Shown here piece after piece: positions 1 to 4,487 of a DNA stretch of 4,487 nt (the first letter of the stretch is position 1; each line of letters starts with the position of its first letter). The position numbers and the translations under genes are program-made. The stretch comes from a virus (Duplodnaviria; Heunggongvirae; Uroviricota; Caudoviricetes), in the IMG/VR virus record IMGVR_UViG_2690316121_000001, positions 1-4,487 of that record; one strand, written 5' to 3'. The notes under the pieces were generated by a model, which ran no database searches, was not told where the DNA came from, and saw nothing but the letters and a program-made list of their open reading frames with translations.

Positions 1-36
1 AAAGCTAAGTTCGGACTGAAAGGAGCAAGTGTATGA
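1..36 (+). CDS. P: 3' end of replication protein P-like gene (partial, start lies upstream of window)
   Basis: Frame 1 reads KAKFGLKGASV then TGA at 34-36, with no stop before it. The stop overlaps the ren ATG at 33-35 (ATGA), which is the P/ren arrangement I recall from lambda. Identification rests on memory of the lambda P C-terminus and on gene order only. Confidence 0.5.
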   Translation, partial: KAKFGLKGASV

Positions 37-323
37 CGGGCAAAGAGGCAATTATTCATTACCTGGGGACGCATAATAGCTTCTGTGCGCCGGACGTTGC
101 CGCGCTAACAGGCGCAACAGTAACCAGCATAAATCAGGCCGCGGCTAAAATGGCACGGGCAGGTCTTCTGGTTATCGAAGGTAAGGTCTGGCGAACGGTG
201 TATTACCGGTTTGCTACCAAGGAAGAACGGGAAGGAAAGATGAGCACGAACCTGATTTTTAAGGAGTGTCGCCAGAGTGCCGCGATGAAACGGGTATTGG
301 CGGTATATGGAGTTAAAAGATGA
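33..323 (+). CDS. ren: Ren protein (lets the phage escape Rex exclusion)
   Basis: 96-aa ORF, MTGKEAIIHYLGTHNSFCAPDVAALTGATVTSINQAAAKMARAGLLVIEGKVWRTVYYRF..., essentially identical to lambda Ren as I recall it. AGGAG at 21-25 sits 7 nt before the ATG; stop TGA at 321-323. Confidence 0.93.
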   Translation: MTGKEAIIHYLGTHNSFCAPDVAALTGATVTSINQAAAKMARAGLLVIEGKVWRTVYYRFATKEEREGKMSTNLIFKECRQSAAMKRVLAVYGVKR

Positions 324-348
324 CCATCTACATCACTGAGCTAATGAC

Positions 349-380
349 AGGCCTGCTGGTAATCGCAGGCCTTTTTATTT
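349..380 (+). terminator. tR2: Rho-independent terminator, matches lambda tR2
   Basis: Perfect 8-bp stem aggcctgc (349-356) pairing with gcaggcct (365-372), 8-nt loop tggtaatc, followed by TTTTTATTT. Sequence and position (just after ren) match lambda tR2 from memory. Confidence 0.85.
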
Positions 381-395
381 GGGGGAGGGTAAATC

Positions 396-722
396 GTGGC
401 TGACTGGCAAATACCAATCATCATTCTTGCCGGAGCTTCGCTGGTTGCTGGCTTTATCCTGCTGAAGAAGCATAAAGACCGTGATCAAAAAGTCGAAGTT
501 CTCTATGGGTATCCGGCGAACAGCACAACATGGCTGACTATTTACCACTACCGAAAATCAGGCCGTTGGGTATTCGAATGGGATGATCTGTTTGCTGAAA
601 AGCGACCAAAGTCATGGGGAGACATCAGCGAATGCATGATGTTTGAAGAAAGAAAATCCGGCGCAACCCGAGAAGAGTTTAACGAAGCGTGGAGGCGATT
701 AAGTGAGAGGGGGTATCAATGA
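396..722 (+). CDS. Hypothetical small membrane-anchored protein (108 aa), not present at this position in lambda
   Basis: GTG start at 396 preceded by a strong SD (GGGGGAGGG, 381-389). The N-terminus WQIPIIILAGASLVAGFILL is a hydrophobic helix followed by KKHKDRD (positive-inside), then a ~85-aa charged, Trp-rich soluble domain. Stop TGA at 720-722; the ninB SD/ATG follows 22 nt later. No homolog recognised. Confidence 0.65.
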   Translation: MADWQIPIIILAGASLVAGFILLKKHKDRDQKVEVLYGYPANSTTWLTIYHYRKSGRWVFEWDDLFAEKRPKSWGDISECMMFEERKSGATREEFNEAWRRLSERGYQ

Positions 723-744
723 GCAGAATTAAGTCGAGGTAACA

Positions 745-1191
745 ATGAAGCAAATATACATGCTTCGCAACGAAGCAATCAGAAACAACGCCATAGACGC
801 AATACTCTCACTTCCGATCGACGACAAGTCACCTCACGAAGTCCACATTAAAGAACCCAGGCGGAGCAATCCTCAAAACCGCCTTATGTGGGCGTTATTG
901 CAGGACGTATCACGTCAGGTGCTTTGGCATGGAAAGAGACTTGCGCCGGAGGACTGGAAAGATCTGTTCACTGCCCTGTGGCTTAAGACCAAAAAACTGG
1001 AGCAACGAAGTGCGCCTGGTATCGACGGTGGCGTTGTCATGCTTGGCGTGCGTACCAGCAAAATGCGAAAGGCCAGCATGACTGAGCTTATCGAAATCAT
1101 GTTCTGGTTCGGCTCAGAGCGCAACGTGCGGTGGAGTGATGACTCCCGGCGAGAGTATGAATGGTCACAACGAAAAGGTAGGGCTGCATGA
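745..1191 (+). CDS. ninB: NinB/Orf-family recombination protein (divergent from the lambda allele)
   Basis: 148 aa. The central block NPQNRLMWALLQDVSRQVLWHGKRLAPEDWKDLFTA parallels lambda NinB (DQNRKLWACLGDVSRQVEWHGRWLDAESWKCVFTA as recalled), and the C-terminus ends ...RAA as in lambda. GAGGT SD 5 nt before the ATG. Stop TGA at 1189-1191 overlaps the next ATG. Confidence 0.85.
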   Translation: MKQIYMLRNEAIRNNAIDAILSLPIDDKSPHEVHIKEPRRSNPQNRLMWALLQDVSRQVLWHGKRLAPEDWKDLFTALWLKTKKLEQRSAPGIDGGVVMLGVRTSKMRKASMTELIEIMFWFGSERNVRWSDDSRREYEWSQRKGRAA

Positions 1192-1715
1192 CTATCAAAT
1201 CAAATACGCCAGCACACGACAAGGACTGCTGGCAAACGCCGCTTTGGCTTTTTGATGCACTGGATATTGAGTTTGGATTCTGGCTGGATTAGGCAGCGAG
1301 CGACAAAAATGCTCTGTGCGCTCACTGGCTAACTGAGGCTGACGACGCGCTAAATTCTGAGTGGGTAAGCCACGGTGCAATCTGGAATAACCCACCGTAC
1401 AGCAATATCAGGCCGTGGGTGGAAAAAGCCGCTGAGCAGTGTATACAACAACGACAGACGGTAGTGATGCTTGTGCCAGAGGATATGTCAGTCGGATGGT
1501 TCAGCAAGGCTCTGGAGAGTGTCGACGAAGTTCGTATTATCACTGATGGACGGATTAATTTTGTCGAACCATCGACAGGACTGGAGAAGAAGGGAAACAG
1601 CAAAGGTTCCATGCTGCTGATTTGGCGACCGTTCATCAGTTCTCGACGGATGTTTACTACTGTATCCAAAGCGGCATTGATGGCGATCGGGCAGGGCGTC
1701 AGGAGGGCAGCATGA
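1188..1715 (+). pseudogene. Phage Dam-family DNA N6-adenine methyltransferase interrupted by an in-frame amber codon (TAG at 1290-1292)
   Basis: One frame (frame 0) reads MTIKSNTPAHDKDCWQTPLWLFDALDIEFGFWLD, then TAG, then AASDKNALCAHWLTEADDALNSEWVSHGAIWNNPPYSNIRPWVEKAAEQ...VRRAA. It carries the WxTP N-terminal motif and the NPPY catalytic motif IV of N6-adenine methyltransferases. ATG 1188 overlaps the ninB stop and TGA 1713-1715 overlaps the ninE ATG, so the gene is integrated in the operon. It occupies the slot of lambda ninC/ninD. Confidence 0.7.
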
Positions 1716-1888
1716 GACGACAGCGACGAAGTATCACCGACATCATCTGCGAAAACTGCAAATACCTTCCAACGAAACGCTCCAGAAATAAACGCAAGCC
1801 AATCCCAAAAGAATCTGACGTAAAAACCTTCAATTACACGGCTCACCTGTGGGATATCCGGTGGCTAAGACATCGTGCGAGGAAATGA
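1712..1888 (+). CDS. ninE: NinE protein
   Basis: 58 aa, [58 protein letters not shown], near-identical to lambda NinE as recalled. The ATG sits inside the ATGA overlap with the methyltransferase stop. Confidence 0.93.
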   Translation: MRRQRRSITDIICENCKYLPTKRSRNKRKPIPKESDVKTFNYTAHLWDIRWLRHRARK

Positions 1889-1890
1889 CA

Positions 1891-2292
1891 ATGCTTTTAA
1901 TTCAACCTGGGTTCGGTTTAAAGATAAAAAAAGGACATATGTTCGGTTTCGAAGAGTCGAAACGAAAAATTCTGTCCATTAGATTGCCGTTTATCACCAT
2001 TCATTGGTTAAACAAAGAGTCAACCGATTATTGGTATAAATGTGCTCTGGCCGCATTTAACGACCCTGACTGGTTTGTGAAAAACCACCACGCAGTTCGT
2101 CAGGCAAAGAGAAAGGCCAATACGACATACATGAAGGCGTATCGAAAAGCATGGAAAGAACACCGCGATCGATACCAACAAGACATGGAAAAGCTTGAAT
2201 CAGAAAACATGGAATTAAGACGAAAGCTCGGTGAAGCAAAACGAGACATTGATGCTTACAAGCGACTTTTTAATGGTGAAAGCCATGCTTAG
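1891..2292 (+). CDS. Hypothetical protein (133 aa) with C-terminal basic region plus leucine-zipper-like coiled coil; absent from lambda
   Basis: ORF in frame 1, tightly packed between ninE and ninF. Preferred start ATG 1891 has GAGGA 8 nt upstream; alternatives are ATG 1885 (ATGA overlap with the ninE stop) and ATG 1939. The 5' ~170 nt are AT-rich relative to flanks. C-terminus RQAKRKANTTYMKAYRKAWKEHRDRYQQDMEKLESENMELRRKLGEAKRDIDAYKRLF shows a heptad pattern L-N-L-L-A-I-Y-F at a/d positions. Stop TAG at 2290-2292 overlaps the ninF start region (ATGCTTAG). Confidence 0.6.
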   Translation: MLLIQPGFGLKIKKGHMFGFEESKRKILSIRLPFITIHWLNKESTDYWYKCALAAFNDPDWFVKNHHAVRQAKRKANTTYMKAYRKAWKEHRDRYQQDMEKLESENMELRRKLGEAKRDIDAYKRLFNGESHA

Positions 2293-2461
2293 CCCATCCC
2301 AAACCCTTCAATACCAGAAAGAAAGCGTCGAGCGAGCTTTAACGTGCGCTAACTGCGGTCAGAAGCTGCATGTGCTGGAAGTTCACGTGTGTGAGCACTG
2401 CTGCGCAGAACTGATGAGCGATCCGAATAGCTCGATGCACGAGGAAGAAGATGATGGCTAA
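2285..2461 (+). CDS. ninF: NinF protein
   Basis: 58 aa, [58 protein letters not shown], near-identical to lambda NinF as recalled, with a Cys-rich zinc-ribbon-like motif. Start taken at the lambda-equivalent ATG, not the upstream ATG of the track ORF. Confidence 0.9.
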   Translation: MLSPSQTLQYQKESVERALTCANCGQKLHVLEVHVCEHCCAELMSDPNSSMHEEEDDG

Positions 2462-3065
2462 ACCAGCGCGAAGACGATGTAAAAACGATGAATGTCGGGA
2501 ATGGTTTCACCCTGCATTCGCTAATCAGTGGTGGTGCTCTCCAGAGTGTGGAACAAAGATAGCACTCGAACGACGAAGCAAAGAACGCGAAAAAGCGGAA
2601 AAAGCAGCAGAGAAGAAACGACGACGAGAGGAGCAGAAACAGAAAGATAAACTGAAGATTCGAAAACTCGCCTTAAAGCCCCGCAGTTACTGGATTAAAC
2701 AAGCCCAACAAGCCGTAAACGCCTTCATCAGAGAAAGAGACCGCGACTTACCATGTATCTCGTGCGGAACGCTCACGTCTGCTCAGTGGGATGCCGGGCA
2801 TTACCGGACAACTGCTGCGGCGCCTCAACTCCGATTTGATGAACGCAATATTCACAAGCAATGCGTGGTGTGCAACCAACATAAAAGCGGAAATCTCGTT
2901 CCGTATCGCGTCGAACTGATTAACCGCATCGGGCAGGAAGCAGTAGACGAAATCGAATCAAACCATAACCGCCATCGCTGGACTGTCGAAGAGTGCTGGG
3001 CCATCAAGGCGGAGTATCAGCAGAAACTCAAAGACCTGCGAAATAGCAGAAGTGAGGCCGCATGA
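2451..3065 (+). CDS. ninG: NinG / Rap recombination protein
   Basis: 204 aa, [46 protein letters not shown]..., essentially identical to lambda NinG (Rap) as recalled. Overlaps the ninF 3' end by 11 nt; stop TGA at 3063-3065 overlaps the ninH ATG. Confidence 0.93.
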   Translation: MMAKPARRRCKNDECREWFHPAFANQWWCSPECGTKIALERRSKEREKAEKAAEKKRRREEQKQKDKLKIRKLALKPRSYWIKQAQQAVNAFIRERDRDLPCISCGTLTSAQWDAGHYRTTAAAPQLRFDERNIHKQCVVCNQHKSGNLVPYRVELINRIGQEAVDEIESNHNRHRWTVEECWAIKAEYQQKLKDLRNSRSEAA

Positions 3066-3268
3066 CGTTCTCAGTAAAAACCATTCCAGACATGCTCGTT
3101 GAAGCATACGGAAACCAGACAGAAGTAGCACGCAGACTGAAATGTAGTCGCGGTACGGTCAGAAAATACGTTGATGATAAAGACGGGAAAATGCACGCCA
3201 TCGTCAACGACGTTCTCATGGTTCATCGCGGATGGAGTGAAAGAGATGCGCTATTACGAAAAAATTGA
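3062..3268 (+). CDS. ninH: NinH protein (small, probable DNA-binding)
   Basis: 68 aa, [68 protein letters not shown], matching lambda NinH as recalled. The stretch [18 protein letters not shown] looks like a helix-turn-helix. ATGA overlap with ninG. Confidence 0.93.
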   Translation: MTFSVKTIPDMLVEAYGNQTEVARRLKCSRGTVRKYVDDKDGKMHAIVNDVLMVHRGWSERDALLRKN

Positions 3269-3911
3269 TGGCAGCAAATACCGAAATATTTGGGTAGTTG
3301 GCGATCTGCACGGATGCTACACGAACCTGATGAAAAAACTGGAGACGATAGGATTCGACACCAAAAAAGACCTGCTTATCTCGGTTGGCGATTTGGTTGA
3401 TCGTGGTGCAGAGAACGTTGAATGCCTGGAATTAATCACATTCCCCTGGTTCAGAGCTGTACGTGGAAACCATGAGCACATGATGATTGATGGCTTATCA
3501 GAGCGTGGAAACGTCAATCACTGGCTGCTTAATGGCGGTGGCTGGTTCTTTAATCTCGATTACGACAAAGAAATTCTGGCTAAAGCTCTTGCCCATAAAG
3601 CAGAAGAACTTCCGTTAATCATCGAACTGGTGAGCAAAGATAAAAAATATGTCATCTGCCACGCCGATTATCCTTGTGACGAATACGAGTTTGGAAAGCC
3701 AGTTGATCATCAGCAGGTAATCTGGAACCGCGAACGAATCAGCAACTCACAAGACGGGATCGTGAAAGAAATCAAAGGCGCGGACACGTTCATCTTTGGT
3801 CATACGCCAGCAGTGAAACCACTCAAATTTGCCAACCAGATGTATATCGATACTGGCGCAGTGTTCTGCGGAAACCTCACATTGATTCAGGTACAGGGAG
3901 AAGGCGCATGA
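3246..3911 (+). CDS. ninI: NinI Ser/Thr protein phosphatase (lambda PPase, metallophosphoesterase)
   Basis: 221 aa from ATG 3246 ([25 protein letters not shown]...), near-identical to lambda NinI as recalled. Metallophosphatase motifs GDLHG, GDLVDRG and GNHE are present. The track ORF begins upstream at 3171, but the lambda-equivalent start at 3246 gives the canonical 221 aa. Overlaps ninH by 23 nt. Confidence 0.93.
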   Translation: MRYYEKIDGSKYRNIWVVGDLHGCYTNLMKKLETIGFDTKKDLLISVGDLVDRGAENVECLELITFPWFRAVRGNHEHMMIDGLSERGNVNHWLLNGGGWFFNLDYDKEILAKALAHKAEELPLIIELVSKDKKYVICHADYPCDEYEFGKPVDHQQVIWNRERISNSQDGIVKEIKGADTFIFGHTPAVKPLKFANQMYIDTGAVFCGNLTLIQVQGEGA

Positions 3912-4487
3912 GACTCGAAAGCGTAGCTAAATTTCATTCGCCAAAAAGCCCGATGATGAGCGACTCACCACGGGCTACGGCTTCTGACTCTCTTTCCGGT
4001 ACTGATGTGATGGCTGCTATGGGAATGGCGCAATCACAAGCCGGATTCGGAATGGCTGCATTCTGTGGTAAGCACGAACTCAGCCAGAACGACAAACAAA
4101 AGGCTATCAACTATCTGATGCAATTTGCACACAAGGTATCGGGGAAATACCGTGGTGTGGCAAAGCTCGAAGGAAATACTAAGGCAAAGGTACTGCAAGT
4201 GCTCGCAACATTTGCTTATGCGGATTATTGCCGTAGTGCCGCGACGCCGGGCGCAAGATGCAGAGATTGCCACGGTACAGGTCGGGCAGTTGATATAGCC
4301 AAAACAGAGCTGTGGGGGAGAGTTGTTGAGAAAGAATGCGGAAGATGCAAAGGTGTCGGCTATTCAAGAATGCCAGCAAGCGCCGCATATCGCGCTGTAA
4401 CGATGCTAATCCCAAACCTTACTCAACCCACCTGGTCACGCACTGTTAAGCCGCTGTATGACGCTCTGGTTGTGCAATGCCACAAGG
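3908..4487 (+). CDS. Q: Late-gene antiterminator Q (5' partial, continues past window end)
   Basis: ATG at 3908 in an ATGA overlap with the ninI stop. Frame 2 stays open to the window end and reads [73 protein letters not shown]...[12 protein letters not shown]...[50 protein letters not shown], matching lambda Q as recalled, including its Cys4 zinc-binding motif. Missing from the ORF track only because no stop falls in the window. Confidence 0.92.
   Translation, partial: MRLESVAKFHSPKSPMMSDSPRATASDSLSGTDVMAAMGMAQSQAGFGMAAFCGKHELSQNDKQKAINYLMQFAHKVSGKYRGVAKLEGNTKAKVLQVLATFAYADYCRSAATPGARCRDCHGTGRAVDIAKTELWGRVVEKECGRCKGVGYSRMPASAAYRAVTMLIPNLTQPTWSRTVKPLYDALVVQCHK

Noticed and set aside
915-1846. 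Minus-strand ORFs 915..1124, 1195..1395 and 1322..1846 (up to 174 aa)
   Set aside because: They lie wholly inside + strand genes with clear identities (ninB, the methyltransferase with its NPPY motif, ninE) and have no recognisable motifs or ribosome-binding sites. The long antisense frame is best explained by codon bias of the sense gene.
1895-1940. Possible sigma70 promoter in the AT-rich stretch (TTCAAC ... ATAAAA)
   Set aside because: The -10 match is poor and the region is inside a translationally coupled ORF. AT-richness alone explains the resemblance.
1911-1949. Exact 9-bp direct repeat GTTCGGTTT at 1911-1919 and 1941-1949
   Set aside because: Roughly one such short repeat is expected by chance in 4.5 kb, and it lies inside a coding frame. 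It could be an operator-like element but the evidence is too weak to call.
2560-2680. Purine-rich, repeat-like DNA (GAAAAAGCGGAAAAAGCAGCAGAGAAGAAACGACGACGAGAGGAGCAGAAACAGAAAG)
   Set aside because: It encodes the Lys/Arg/Glu-rich low-complexity linker of NinG ([23 protein letters not shown]), which lambda NinG also has. It is not a structural repeat or CRISPR-like element.
3171-3245. Upstream extension of the ninI ORF (track start at 3171, MMIKTGKC...)
   Set aside because: This extension overlaps most of the ninH 3' end in another frame. The lambda-equivalent start at 3246 gives the canonical 221-aa phosphatase, so the extension is probably not translated.
2057-4415. Minus-strand ORFs 2057..2239, 3028..3219, 3317..3517, 4034..4273 and 4179..4415
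   Set aside because: All are antisense to ninG, ninH, ninI, Q or the coupled ninE-ninF ORF, and none has a plausible start context, so they are treated as spurious.
1-4487. tRNA, CRISPR array, integrase, transposase or att-site signatures
   Set aside because: No cloverleaf-like structures, no spaced direct-repeat arrays and no recombinase-like ORFs are present. The window is entirely the interior of a phage early operon.

Overview
This window is the early-right (pR) operon 'nin' region of a lambda-like phage or prophage. Every gene is on the + strand and most are joined by overlapping stop/start codons. Order: 3' end of replication gene P, ren, terminator tR2, a small membrane-anchored ORF that lambda lacks at this position, a divergent ninB, a Dam-family N6-adenine methyltransferase interrupted by an in-frame TAG, ninE, an AT-rich ORF with a basic region plus leucine-zipper-like C-terminus, ninF, ninG (rap), ninH, ninI (Ser/Thr phosphatase) and the 5' ~193 codons of antiterminator Q, which runs off the window. 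Ren, NinE, NinF, NinG, NinH, NinI and Q match phage lambda proteins as I remember them, almost residue for residue; no database search was possible. I see no tRNA, rRNA, CRISPR array, transposase or integrase. All minus-strand ORFs in the track sit inside well-supported + strand genes and are treated as spurious. The two non-lambda ORFs and the interrupted methyltransferase are the parts worth follow-up; nothing here can be called a new system from sequence alone.
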